64,000 nucleotides of DNA from Candidatus Latescibacterota bacterium (GCA_965223905.1 CBDCXV010000005.1:1-64000); one strand, 5' to 3'; counted from the first letter of the stretch, positions 20,739 to 31,090 are shown. Made by a program: numbers and translations. The notes: generated by a model not told the origin, from the sequence alone.

Positions 20739-21527
20739 ATGAACGACGAAGAGAAATACCTGTTCGACCTCAACGGCTTTCTCGTGCTGCCGCAGGTGCT
20801 GTCCCCGGAGGAGGTGGGCCGCGGCAACGAGGCCATCGACCGCCACGCCGGCAAGATGAAGGAGATCGGCCGCTCCCTGGCCCGGGAATCCGTCGCCCTG
20901 CAGGGCACGTCGAGGCGCCTCGACCTGGGCGGGATGCTGGCCTGGGAGCGCCCCTGGTGCGAGCTGTTCCGGGAGCTGCTCCTGCATCCGGGGGTCAAGC
21001 CGTATCTCGAGGGGATTCTCGGGGAGGGGTACCGCCTCGATCACGGGCCGGGGCTGATCGCCATGGACCTCGGCTGCGAGGGCGGGGTGCTGCACGGGGG
21101 CGGAGTCGAGCGCCCCAACTTCTCGGAGGCCTACTTCTTCAAGGACGGCCGCATCTACACCGGGCTGACCGTGGTCGAGTACCTGTTCGCCGACGAAGGC
21201 CCGGGGGACGGCGGCGTGGCGGTGGTTCCCGGCAGCCACAAGTCGAACCTGCCCTGCCCGGAGGCGATGAAGTCCTGGCACCGGCACCAGGAGCACGTGC
21301 TGGAGGTGAACGCCAAAGCGGGAGACGCGGTCATCTTCACCGAAACCCTGACCCACGGGACCCTGCCCTGGACCGCCGCCCACCAGCGGCGGGCACTCCT
21401 CTACAAGTTCAGCCCCGGCTTCCAGGCCTACAGCGGCGGCGCCCACACCATCACCTACCCCGACTACATCCAGGACATGACCGAAGAGCAGCAGGCGGTC
21501 ATGCAGGCCCCGTCGGTGCGCAGATGA
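20739..21527 (+). CDS. PhyH-like Fe(II)/2OG enzyme, HxG variant
   Basis: KYLFDLNGFLV, LHGG, VPGSHK, AGDAVIFTETLTHGT, RRALLYK. Confidence 0.85.
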   Translation: MNDEEKYLFDLNGFLVLPQVLSPEEVGRGNEAIDRHAGKMKEIGRSLARESVALQGTSRRLDLGGMLAWERPWCELFRELLLHPGVKPYLEGILGEGYRLDHGPGLIAMDLGCEGGVLHGGGVERPNFSEAYFFKDGRIYTGLTVVEYLFADEGPGDGGVAVVPGSHKSNLPCPEAMKSWHRHQEHVLEVNAKAGDAVIFTETLTHGTLPWTAAHQRRALLYKFSPGFQAYSGGAHTITYPDYIQDMTEEQQAVMQAPSVRR

Positions 21528-21687
21528 CGGCGGCATCCGTGTCCTGTCGCACGAAGATCCAGGCTCCGTTCCGCGGCGTTGCGATGGCTGGCCGACCCCA
21601 TCCCCTGCGACTCGCTCCGGCGCCTTGGGAAGCCGGCGCCCGGGGGCGCCGATTCAGCCCATCCAGTACCGAGACAGGACGGAGACG

Positions 21688-22941
21688 ATGACGGCAAGAG
21701 TAACCGGCATGGAGCGCTTCACCCTGGTGGTCCCCTTCGTCGACAGGGTGCGCCGCGAGATGGAGCGCGCCGGCATTCACACCTGGTCGGAGCTCGAGAT
21801 CACCCGCGTCGACACCGACGCCGGGATCAGCGGCTGGGGGGAGACGGTGCAGAACTACACCTGGGGGAGGGTGCAGGCGGAAGAGAAGGTGATGGGCCGA
21901 TCCCCCTTCGAGACGATGTGGGACGACTCGCTCGGAGCCGGGCTGCAGATGGCGCTGTTCGACGCCGCGGGCAAGCTGGCCGGGGTGCCGCTCTACAGGC
22001 TGCTCGGCAGCAAGTGCCGGGACTGGGCGCCGATCTCCTTCTGGGACCACGACATGTCGCCGGAGAAGTACGCTGTCGAGGCGAAGACCGCGGTCGGACT
22101 GGGTTACAACTGCATCAAGATCAAGACGCGGCCCTGGTGGGACGTGCGCGAGACCATCCGGCGCATCAGCAAGGTCACTCCCGACCACTTCCGCATCGAC
22201 GCCGACTGGAACGCCATGCTCAACAACGCCGCCAACGCCGTGCCCCTGCTGCGGGAGCTCGAGCGCGCCTTCCCCAAGATCAAGATCTGGGAGGACCCGC
22301 TGCCGCGGGACGACGCTTCCGGCAACCGCTACCTGCGCACGCAGATCGAGAGGCCCGTCGCCCACCACTACGGCGCCATCGGGGCGCGCGAAGGGCTGGA
22401 GATGGGGGGCGTCTGCGACGGCTGGATCCTCGGCGGCGGGGTGTCGCGGATCATGCGCGACGGCGCCGCCGCGGCCGCGGTGAACATGCCCTTCTTCCTG
22501 CAGATGGTCGGGGCGGCCCCGACCACGGCGCTGTCGCTGCATCTCAGCGCCGTCCTCGAACAGGCCCAGTGGCCGACGATCACCTGCCACGAGCTCTACG
22601 AGCACAGCCTGCTCAAGGAGCGGCTGCCGGTAGTCGACGGCCACGCGCGGGTGCCGGAGGAGCCGGGCCTGGGGATCGAGCTGGACGAGGAGGCCCTCGA
22701 GAAGTACCGGGTGGAGGAGGCCGACCACACCCTGCCGAGACGGCTGACCTGCGTGGTCAGGCCGGGCGGCAGCCGCGTCTACTTCGCGCACTCCGGCCAG
22801 AAGTGGGATTTCTTCGGCAAGGGGAACCGCCCCGTCGACGACTGGGGGTGCCGCACGGAGGTGCTCGACGACGACGGCAGCAGGGAGTTCGCCGACCTCC
22901 ACGAGCGCGCCCGCCGGGCGCCGGTGGTCAGCGACAGCTGA
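21688..22941 (+). CDS. Mandelate racemase/muconate lactonizing (enolase superfamily) enzyme
   Basis: MALFDAAGK..GVPLYRLLG, KIK, IDAD, WEDP, VPEEPGLGIELD. Confidence 0.88.
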   Translation: MTARVTGMERFTLVVPFVDRVRREMERAGIHTWSELEITRVDTDAGISGWGETVQNYTWGRVQAEEKVMGRSPFETMWDDSLGAGLQMALFDAAGKLAGVPLYRLLGSKCRDWAPISFWDHDMSPEKYAVEAKTAVGLGYNCIKIKTRPWWDVRETIRRISKVTPDHFRIDADWNAMLNNAANAVPLLRELERAFPKIKIWEDPLPRDDASGNRYLRTQIERPVAHHYGAIGAREGLEMGGVCDGWILGGGVSRIMRDGAAAAAVNMPFFLQMVGAAPTTALSLHLSAVLEQAQWPTITCHELYEHSLLKERLPVVDGHARVPEEPGLGIELDEEALEKYRVEEADHTLPRRLTCVVRPGGSRVYFAHSGQKWDFFGKGNRPVDDWGCRTEVLDDDGSREFADLHERARRAPVVSDS

Positions 22942-22958
22942 AGCGGAGAAATCGACAA

Positions 22959-23750
22959 GTGGACATCAACAACGCGCACCGGTTCCGCGAACGCATGCAG
23001 GCAGGAGAAACCCTGATCGGCATGGGAGTGACGTTCGCCGATCCGTCGATCTGCGAGTTGATCGCCGAGGCGGGCTACGACTTCACCTGGATCGACATGG
23101 AACACGGCGCCATAGGGATCGAGACCGCCCTGCGCATGGTGACCGCCCACCGCGGCACCGGGGCGGCCCCCTTCATCCGCGTGCAGTGGAACGACGTCGA
23201 CGTCATCAAGCCGGTCGCCGACCTGGCGCCTGCCGGCATCATCGTGCCGCAGGTCAACGACGCGGCCGCGGCCGAAGCCGCGGTGCAGGCCTGCCGCTAC
23301 CCGCCGCGCGGGGTCAGGGGGTACGGACCGCGCCGGGGAACGGGGTACGGCGCCATCCCTCAGGCCGACTATCTCGCCGAGACCGGGAACGAGCCGATCG
23401 TCGCCATCCAGATCGAGCACAGGGACGCGGTCGCCAACCTCGACGAGATGCTCGAGGTCCCCGGCGTCGACATCTACTGCCTGGGTCTCAACGACCTGTC
23501 CGGGTCGTTCGGCAAGCTGGGACTGCACCAGGACCCGGAGGTCGTCGCCGCGGTCGAGACCGTCGCCGCAAAGGTCGGCAGGTCCGACCGGGTCCTCGGG
23601 ATCTCGACCTTCTACTCCCCCGAGACCTACGCCCGCTGGATGTCGCTCGGGGTGCGCTGGCTCAACCTCAACGTCGATTTCTCCAACCTGTACCGCGCCG
23701 CCCGCGAGGTGATCGAGGCGGCTCACGGGCAGACCCCGAACCCGCGGTAA
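22959..23750 (+). CDS. HpcH/HpaI aldolase family
   Basis: WIDMEHG, YPPRGVRG, IQIEH, GLNDLSGSFG. Confidence 0.9.
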   Translation: MDINNAHRFRERMQAGETLIGMGVTFADPSICELIAEAGYDFTWIDMEHGAIGIETALRMVTAHRGTGAAPFIRVQWNDVDVIKPVADLAPAGIIVPQVNDAAAAEAAVQACRYPPRGVRGYGPRRGTGYGAIPQADYLAETGNEPIVAIQIEHRDAVANLDEMLEVPGVDIYCLGLNDLSGSFGKLGLHQDPEVVAAVETVAAKVGRSDRVLGISTFYSPETYARWMSLGVRWLNLNVDFSNLYRAAREVIEAAHGQTPNPR

Positions 23751-25409
23751 TTGGGCTCCGCCTTCGAGATTTCAGACGCCCACGCCGAGGCGGTGCAGCG
23801 GCCCCGCCGGCTGGTCCTCAACTTCGACGCCCTGCTGGCCGATCCGGACGCGTATGCCGGCGGGGTGGATGAGATCGTCTCCCGCCGCTTCACCTTCATC
23901 GACGATCCCGGAATCCGGGTCGACAGCATCTGGTGGAACTGGTGCGAGGGCAACGTCGCCCCCTACCCGAGCAGGTTCCTGCCGCGCTACAACGTCCCGG
24001 GGTACCTGAGGTGGTTCGAGGAGGGGGTCGACATTGTCCGCATCTTCGAGGAGGAGACGCGCCGCCGCGGCATCGAGGTGTTCTACTCGCACCGCATGAA
24101 CGGCGGCGACAACGACCCGCAGTACCAGGAGGGGCGCGGCAGCTTCCTCGACGACCTCGACAACCTCTACAAGGTGCCGGTGAAGGAGGCGCACCCGGAC
24201 TGGCTGCTCGAGGTCGACACCCACCCCAACGGGCTGTGGAACTTCGCCGTCGCCGGAGTGCGACGGTACGCCCTCGACATCCTGACCGAGATCGCCGGGG
24301 AGTACGGATTCGACGGCCTCGAGCTCGACTTCGCCCGCATGACCCCGGTGCTTCCGCCGGGAGAGGGCTGGCTGCTACGGGACTGCCTGACCGAGTTCAT
24401 GCGCAGCGTGCGGGCCATGACCCTGGAGGTAGAGCGCCGTCGCGGGCGCCCGTTCCTGCTGGCCGCCAGGGTGCCGGAGAACCTCCCGGGCTGTCACTTC
24501 GACGGCATCGACGTCGAGGCCTGGATCGGGGAGCGGCTGATCGACATCCTCGCCCTCGGGGTGCGCAGCTTCGACGTCGACGTCGCCGCGTTCCGCGCGC
24601 TCATCGGCGATGAGCCGGTCAAACTCTACTGCGCCCTCGACGACCACCACTCCTCCGACGGCTACTGCGCGCCCCCCATCGAGGTGCTGCGGGGCGTGGC
24701 CAGCAACTGGCGACAGCAGGGGGCAGACGGCATCCAGACCTTCAACTTCAAGTACGAACCGGACCCCGGAGAACCCTGCTGGCAGCTCCACCGGCAGTTC
24801 TACAGGGAGCTCTCCGCACCCGAAGGGATGGCCGGCCTCGACAAGACCTTCGCGCGGCAGCGCCGCGGCGGCGGCCACGGCGCCGAGATCATACCGTTCG
24901 CCGAAGACTGGGAAACCCCGCGGCGGGGTTACCACAACACCAACATGCTTGCCCCTCTTCCGGCGCCGCTGGCAGGGGACGGCCGCACCGATACCCTGCT
25001 GATCCTCAGGGTGGGGGAGGATGCCGGTGCGGAGGCAGCGCGGATCGACCGGGTCGAGCTGCGCCTCGCCCTGCACGACCCCGGGACCGCCGATCTGCCG
25101 GCCGAGGGGAAGATCGAGCCGGCGCTTATAAGGGACTGGGTCGTCCCGGAGCGGATCGGGGGGCCGCCCCCGGTGTTCTTCCACACCAGTCCGCCCCGCA
25201 AGGGGATCGAGAAGCGGCTGCAGGCCCGGATCAACAACATCCCCTTGGGTCAGCCCCGGGTCGAGGGAGGCTGGCTGGTTTTCGCGGTGGACCCGATGGC
25301 CCTGGCAGTGGGAGAGAATCTCGTCGGCGTCTGCCTCGATCAGCCGGAGTCTTCGGGGACGCGGCAGGTCCGCATCGAGAAGCTCGAGCTGCACGTGAGG
25401 TACCAGTGA
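23751..25409 (+). CDS. GHL10-like TIM-barrel protein of unknown function
   Basis: YSHRMNG, KEAHPDW, WNFAV.GVR, FDGLELDFAR, GADGIQTFNF; TTG start uncertain. Confidence 0.6.
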   Translation: MGSAFEISDAHAEAVQRPRRLVLNFDALLADPDAYAGGVDEIVSRRFTFIDDPGIRVDSIWWNWCEGNVAPYPSRFLPRYNVPGYLRWFEEGVDIVRIFEEETRRRGIEVFYSHRMNGGDNDPQYQEGRGSFLDDLDNLYKVPVKEAHPDWLLEVDTHPNGLWNFAVAGVRRYALDILTEIAGEYGFDGLELDFARMTPVLPPGEGWLLRDCLTEFMRSVRAMTLEVERRRGRPFLLAARVPENLPGCHFDGIDVEAWIGERLIDILALGVRSFDVDVAAFRALIGDEPVKLYCALDDHHSSDGYCAPPIEVLRGVASNWRQQGADGIQTFNFKYEPDPGEPCWQLHRQFYRELSAPEGMAGLDKTFARQRRGGGHGAEIIPFAEDWETPRRGYHNTNMLAPLPAPLAGDGRTDTLLILRVGEDAGAEAARIDRVELRLALHDPGTADLPAEGKIEPALIRDWVVPERIGGPPPVFFHTSPPRKGIEKRLQARINNIPLGQPRVEGGWLVFAVDPMALAVGENLVGVCLDQPESSGTRQVRIEKLELHVRYQ

Positions 25410-25505
25410 AACAGGAAGGCGATCCGAACCGGGGCCCGGTCCAACCTGCCCAGCCGTGCCGACCTTCCATTCGACCATGACGCCGCCCCATCAAATCGAA
25501 TTCCA

Positions 25506-26192
25506 ATGGACACGGTCCTCGAGAAGCTGAGGCGCTTCGACAGCGCCACCGTGGCCAACGCCATCGAGCAGTTCGAGGTCCGGGACCCCACTACCGGGTA
25601 CGCCGACAACCGGCTGGTCTGCCAGACCCCCGGGATCGCCGCGCCGATGGTCGGGCGCGCCGTCACCTGCAAGGTCGACACCACCACTCCGGGAGACACC
25701 CGGCCGTCGAGGGTCGGCGAGTTGGTGCAGCTGCTCTCTGAGGCGGACACCCCGTTCGTCCTCGTCGCCCAACACGAGGGGCCGGACCGCCGCCGCGGCT
25801 GCATCTTCGGAGACATGTTCTGCGCCGTTCTCGAAAAGCTGGGAGGCGCCGGCATCGTCACCGACGCCAACGGCCGCGACCTTTCCGGCATCCGCCGGCG
25901 GACCCCCGGTTTCCACGTCTTCTGCAGCGGCTGGGTCGTCTCCCACGGGTACCCGGCCTACCTCGAGTTCAACACCCCGGTCGAGGTCTGCGGCCTCGAG
26001 GTAGTGCCCGGCGACCTGCTGCACGGGGACGAGAGCGGCCTGGTGTCGGTGCCGTCCGGAATCGCCGCGGAAGTCGCCGACAGGGCGGAGGCCGTGCGCG
26101 GCCAGGAGAAGGAGTTTTTCGAATTCCTGCAGGGAGACGGCTTCAACCTGAAAGAGCTGAAACGCCGCATCGATCCGAGGACGGAGGACTGA
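25506..26192 (+). CDS. RraA / HMG-aldolase family protein
   Basis: DSATVANAIE, VGRAVT, IFGDM, TDANGRD, PGDLLHGDESG. Confidence 0.85.
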   Translation: MDTVLEKLRRFDSATVANAIEQFEVRDPTTGYADNRLVCQTPGIAAPMVGRAVTCKVDTTTPGDTRPSRVGELVQLLSEADTPFVLVAQHEGPDRRRGCIFGDMFCAVLEKLGGAGIVTDANGRDLSGIRRRTPGFHVFCSGWVVSHGYPAYLEFNTPVEVCGLEVVPGDLLHGDESGLVSVPSGIAAEVADRAEAVRGQEKEFFEFLQGDGFNLKELKRRIDPRTED

Positions 26193-26195
26193 CCG

Positions 26196-27041
26196 ATGAC
26201 GACATCCGAACCGGTGCTGAGCAGCGAAGACCTGAAGTTCTGGGAGGAGAACGGCTACGTGGTGGCGCGCCGCGCCGTGCCGCCGGAGAACTGCCGCGCC
26301 GCGGAGAAGGCAGTGTGGGATTTCGCCGAGATGGACCCCGGCGACCCGGAGACCTGGTACAGCGATCCCCCGCGCGGGATCATGAAGGAGATCTACCAGC
26401 ACCAGGCCCTGTGGGACAACCGCCAGCACCCGCGTGTGCACGAGGCATTCGCGCAGATCCTGGGCACCCGCAAGCTGCGGGTCAGCCGGGACCGCGCCAG
26501 CATCAACCCGCCGCAGCGGCCCGGCCACGATTTCGTGGGGCCCTGGCTGCACTGGGACCTGCGGATCGAGGAGCTGCCGGAGCGGATCGGCGTCCAGGGA
26601 ATCCTCTACCTGACCGACACCGCCGCGAACCAGGGGGCTTTCGCATGCATCCCCGGGTTCCACCTGAAGCTGCGCCAGTGGCTGCAGTCGCTTCCCGGGG
26701 ATGCCGAGCCGCGCGAGCTGGTCCGCGAGCAGTTCGTCGATCAGGCGGTCGCCGTCGCAGGGGGCGCCGGCGACCTGGTGATCTGGCACAGCGCCCTGCC
26801 GCACGGAGCCAGCCCGAACCGCGCAAAAGTTCCCCGCATCGGCCAGTACATCACCATGGGCCCGGCCCCGGACGAGCCGAGCCCGGAGTCGCGGGCCGAG
26901 AGCGAACACTGGTGGCGGGAGCGTCTGACCGGCCTGGGGAAGAACGAGAAGGGGAAGGAGCATCGCGAAGGGACCACCGCGGAGCTGACGCCGCTGGGGC
27001 GGAAGCTGCTCGGCATCGACTCCTGGGAGGAGGAGGAGTAA
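26196..27041 (+). CDS. PhyH-like Fe(II)/2OG dioxygenase (canonical HxD)
   Basis: FWEENGYVV, LHWD, QGILYLTD, AGDLVIWHSALPHG, PR. Confidence 0.88.
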   Translation: MTTSEPVLSSEDLKFWEENGYVVARRAVPPENCRAAEKAVWDFAEMDPGDPETWYSDPPRGIMKEIYQHQALWDNRQHPRVHEAFAQILGTRKLRVSRDRASINPPQRPGHDFVGPWLHWDLRIEELPERIGVQGILYLTDTAANQGAFACIPGFHLKLRQWLQSLPGDAEPRELVREQFVDQAVAVAGGAGDLVIWHSALPHGASPNRAKVPRIGQYITMGPAPDEPSPESRAESEHWWRERLTGLGKNEKGKEHREGTTAELTPLGRKLLGIDSWEEEE

Positions 27042-27084
27042 GGGCCAGTCCCGAATCCAGGCGGCTGTCCCGGCTTTCCATCTG

Positions 27085-28398
27085 ATGCGCGTTTCCGACC
27101 TGCTGAAAGGCCCCAACCGCGACCGTCTCAAGGTCTACGGACCGGCCCTCATGCTCTCCGGGCTGGTCTTCCTCCTGCTCTTCCAACTGGTCGAGCCGGC
27201 CCCGCCCGAGCGCCTGATCCTGGCCTCCGGGATGCCCGGGGGCGCCTACCACCGCTTCGCCCTGGAGTACCGCGGCCTGCTGGCGCGGGAAGGGGTCGAG
27301 CTGGAGGTGAGGGAGACCTCCGGGTCGGTGGAGAATCTGCGGCTGCTGCGGGAAGCCGCGGTCGACGTGGCTTTTGTCCAGACCGGGGTGGCGGATACGA
27401 CCTCGCAGGCCGGCCTCGTTTCCCTGGCCAGCCTCTACTACGAGCCTCTGTGGGTCTTCTATCGCGGCTCCCAGTCCCTGGAACGCCTCCCGGAGCTGTC
27501 GGGAAGCACCGTTGCCGTCGGGCCCGAGGGCAGCGGCACCCGGGTCCTGGCCCTGACCCTGCTGCGCGAGAACGGCCTGCACCAACCTCCCACGCGGCTG
27601 TCCGACCTCGGGGGCGTCCGGGCGGCGCAGGCCCTGCGGGAGGGGGCGGTCGACGCGGCGGTCTTCGTGGCCTCGCCCCGGGCCCCGGTGGTAGCCGAGC
27701 TGCTGGCCGACCCCGGGATCCAGCTGCTCAACTTCTCCCGGGTCGACGCCTACCTGAGCCGCTACCGCTACCTGTCCAGCGTCGTCCTGCCCGAAGGGGC
27801 CATCGACTTGCGGCGCAACATCCCCGGCCGCCGGGTCACCCTGCTGGCGCCGGCGGCCACCCTGGTCGTGCGCACCGACTTCCATCCGGCCCTGACCGAC
27901 CTGATGCTCCAGGCGGCTTTCCGGCTCCACGCCCAGGGCGGCTTTTTCGAACGGCCCGGCCAGTTTCCCGCCGCGGACCACCTCGACTTTCCCCTGATCG
28001 AGGACGCGCGCCGCTACTTCGAGCGCGGCCCCTCCTTTCTCAGGCGCTACCTGCCGTTCTGGGCCGCGGTCTTCGTCGAGCGCTCCGCGCTTTTCCTGCT
28101 GCCCCTCGTCACCCTGCTCGTTCCCCTGTTCCGCATTGCCGTGCCCACCTACCGCTGGAAGGTGCGCTCCCGCATCTACCGCTGGTACCGCGACCTGTCC
28201 GCGGTCGAGTTGTCCGTCGACGCCGGGACCGGGCAATCCAGGGTGGCCCTGGAGGAGCTGGACCGCATCGAGCAGGAGGCCGCCAAGGTCGAGGTGCCCC
28301 TGTCCTACACCGACGAGCTCTACAACTTGCGCCTGCACATCCAACTGGTGCGCGACAAGATCAACAAGCGGCGTGGCGGCCCGGAGCCGGCTGGTTGA
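27085..28398 (+). CDS. TAXI-family TRAP solute-binding protein, membrane-anchored form
   Basis: ASGMPGGAY, TSGSVENL, LYYEPLWVF, GPEGSGT; N- and C-terminal TM segments; YNLRLHIQLV. Confidence 0.85.
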   Translation: MRVSDLLKGPNRDRLKVYGPALMLSGLVFLLLFQLVEPAPPERLILASGMPGGAYHRFALEYRGLLAREGVELEVRETSGSVENLRLLREAAVDVAFVQTGVADTTSQAGLVSLASLYYEPLWVFYRGSQSLERLPELSGSTVAVGPEGSGTRVLALTLLRENGLHQPPTRLSDLGGVRAAQALREGAVDAAVFVASPRAPVVAELLADPGIQLLNFSRVDAYLSRYRYLSSVVLPEGAIDLRRNIPGRRVTLLAPAATLVVRTDFHPALTDLMLQAAFRLHAQGGFFERPGQFPAADHLDFPLIEDARRYFERGPSFLRRYLPFWAAVFVERSALFLLPLVTLLVPLFRIAVPTYRWKVRSRIYRWYRDLSAVELSVDAGTGQSRVALEELDRIEQEAAKVEVPLSYTDELYNLRLHIQLVRDKINKRRGGPEPAG

Positions 28399-28527
28399 TG
28401 GAGAAGAGCGACACCCTCTGATGGCCGATCTGCCATAAATTCGGAAATGGTTACAAAGGACTCTTGCAGCAATCGAAGCGCCGGAAGCCGCATGGCAAAC
28501 GGCAACCGGGTTCAGGAAATAGAATCG

Positions 28528-29463
28528 ATGAACAACGGACACCGGTGGCATCCCATCCGTGACTATGAAGTTGATCCGACGACCCTTGAGCAAGGTGAAC
28601 TCGCAGCGTTGGCCAACGTCTGGCAGGAGGAAAGTGCACGGCTCGAAGATTCGGATGCGCTGCCGGAATTCAATACGAAATTGCATAGGGAGTGGGCGAT
28701 CGAGACCGGCCTGATCGAACGGGTGTATGACTTCGACAGAGGGGTTACGGAGATTCTGATCGAACACGGAATAGACGCGGCACTGATTCCCCACGGGCCG
28801 GGTGTGACCCCGGAAACGGCGGCCTCCATGATCCGCGATCACGAGGCGGCGATAGAGTATGTGTTTGACTTCGTCAGTGACGAACGACCATTGTCGATCC
28901 TTTCGACACGGAAGGAATTGGAGCATCGGCGCGACGCGCTGCTTGAGGAATGGAACACTGTCAAGGATCGGGCCGAAGACCTCCGGCTAATCGCGGAGGA
29001 ACGACTGGATGAGGTGAGGGCGACCTTCGAAAAAGAGGTCAAGCCGCTGCTCGGTCGCGTTACCGTTTTTGTTGATGGGGCGAGGGATCACGACGAGCGC
29101 AGTCATTATTTCCGCCAACAGGTCGTGGCAGGAGCGAAGACGCTCGAGTACTTCGCCAACCTCGAGACGTATCGCTCATGGGCGCGCCTGGTGATCCAGA
29201 ATGAGAATCAGAGCCAGATCCTGGTCGCATTTCACGGCATAGGTCACGAGTTTCGGGGTGTTCTTGCCTGTTGTGCGGTTTTTTTTCAGCGGGTGCAGAC
29301 CGATAGAAACGACCGGGAAACCAGTCCGGCCAATGCATTGGCCCGCACTGTGTTTCAGATCAACTACCGGGAAGATGCGACATCCGTAGAGGATCGATTC
29401 CGCGTGTGGCTTGAAGAATGCATCGTCGCCGGGCTGAATGATTGGCGCACCGCGGATCTGTGA
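28528..29463 (+). pseudogene. Fic-family protein lacking the Fic catalytic core (apparent in-frame internal deletion)
   Basis: Fic-type N-terminus REWAIETGLIE.VY..DRGVT..DHEAAIE..ERPLS joined near 28900 directly to a C-terminal domain; no HPFxDGNGR motif. Confidence 0.6.
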
Positions 29464-29623
29464 CCCCGCGGTGGAAGACAGGCACGCGGCTGCGTTCGAT
29501 CCAGTAAAGCGAGGATCGAAGTCCTGGAAAGCCGTCGAGGTTTCTGCGGACGTTCCCTGGTTTTTAGGCCGCCCTGGTCGAGTCCTCGGCAGACACCAAC
29601 TACAGCAAAGGAGAGAACGGGAG

Positions 29624-30004
29624 ATGAAGAACCCTGTCGTGCATTTCGAGATAGTCGGAAAGGACCACGATGCCTTGCAGGCCTACTACCGGAACCTTTT
29701 CGAGTGGGAGATCAGGAACGTCGCTCCGGAGATGCCCTACGGAATAATCGAAGCGGGCGAAGGAGGACCCGGCATCGGCGGCGGCGTCGGGGCGACCGGG
29801 ACCGGCACTCCGCACGCGACCTTCTACGTGCAGGTGGAGGATATCGAGGCTGCCCTCGCCAAGGCTGTGGAGCTGGGCGGCGAGGAGGTCGTGCCGGTGA
29901 CTACGATCCCGGGGATGGTGACGTTCGCTCTCTTCAGCGACCCCGAAGGCAACCGGATCGGCTTGGTCTCGGCGCACGTACCGGAAGGCGGGGAGACCGA
30001 GTAG
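29624..30004 (+). CDS. VOC/glyoxalase family protein
   Basis: NPVVHFEI, GIGGG, YVQVEDI, FSDPEGNRIGL. Confidence 0.9.
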   Translation: MKNPVVHFEIVGKDHDALQAYYRNLFEWEIRNVAPEMPYGIIEAGEGGPGIGGGVGATGTGTPHATFYVQVEDIEAALAKAVELGGEEVVPVTTIPGMVTFALFSDPEGNRIGLVSAHVPEGGETE

Positions 30005-30016
30005 GCTGGTCCGTTT

Positions 30017-31090
30017 ATGAAGATAGAGACCAGAGACGGCTGGAAACCGAGCGGCCCCATCGAGTATGAGGACGAAGGGGAGTTGCACCGCCTCCTGCAC
30101 AGCCTCATCAAGGAAAACCCGCGTGGGCTTCCGCTGGCCGGAGACCCCATCCTGACAGCGCTGGGATGCGAGATAGGGCTCGGATCAGGATCCGCTGATA
30201 TCCTTGCCATAGAATTCGGTGGCCGCCCCGTTATCATCGAGGTGAAGCTGAGTTACAACTCAGAGACGCGAAAGGACATGGTGCCACAAATTCTTTATTA
30301 CGCGGCATTCCTCAAAGGGTACGACGTCACCAGTCTGGAAAAGGGACCTTTGAGCAATGCCCTCACAACTTCAGGCTACTCCTCCATCTTCGAAGCCGTA
30401 CAGGTGGAAGGGGGCGCAGACACTGACGAGGCTGAGTCATTCAACTCGTCGTTGCAGGCGTACCTCGACCGGGGTGATTTCAGGCTGGTGCTCGCGTTAG
30501 ACAATGTGCCGCCGGAGTTGGAGAGATTCGTGGCCTATCTGGACGAAATCACGAATTCGACAGTTACAACTGACCTGATCGCCCTTCCGCTGCATCAGGT
30601 CGGCGATGGGAAGGTGCCCTTACCGCAAAGAATCGTTCCCGATCCAAACGCGGCATCCCCAATAAGGTTCGATTCGAGTGCTGCCGAGACCACCTACGGT
30701 TCAGATGCTTTTAGAGCTTCGATTATGGATACATTCGGGAAGCCGAGAGAAGTGTTCGACAGGCTGATTTTTTGGGCAGAGGAGTTGGCAAAATTTCCAG
30801 GTGTGCGTCTTCGTTCACATAAAGGGCAATTTTACACCACTCTTTCCCCTCTTGTCCCTATGGAGAATGTGGGAATGGTGACTGTATACAATCAGGAAAA
30901 GAAACCGGCAATCCAATTGCAGTTGCCGGTGATTCGTCGCCGGGCATCTGACCAGGCAAACGAAAAAATCAGAGAAGTATGGAATACATACGTGCGAGAG
31001 AGCGATAACTGGAAAGTGAACCCACCGACAGAACTTCTCGAACCGCTAATGGAAGCGTTGACGGAGGCTTATCAAGAATCAGGAAGTTGA
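30017..31090 (+). CDS. NucS/EndoMS-like PD-(D/E)xK nuclease-domain protein
   Basis: EGEL, ADILAI..GRPVIIEVK, QILYY; more AT-rich than neighbours. Confidence 0.65.
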   Translation: MKIETRDGWKPSGPIEYEDEGELHRLLHSLIKENPRGLPLAGDPILTALGCEIGLGSGSADILAIEFGGRPVIIEVKLSYNSETRKDMVPQILYYAAFLKGYDVTSLEKGPLSNALTTSGYSSIFEAVQVEGGADTDEAESFNSSLQAYLDRGDFRLVLALDNVPPELERFVAYLDEITNSTVTTDLIALPLHQVGDGKVPLPQRIVPDPNAASPIRFDSSAAETTYGSDAFRASIMDTFGKPREVFDRLIFWAEELAKFPGVRLRSHKGQFYTTLSPLVPMENVGMVTVYNQEKKPAIQLQLPVIRRRASDQANEKIREVWNTYVRESDNWKVNPPTELLEPLMEALTEAYQESGS

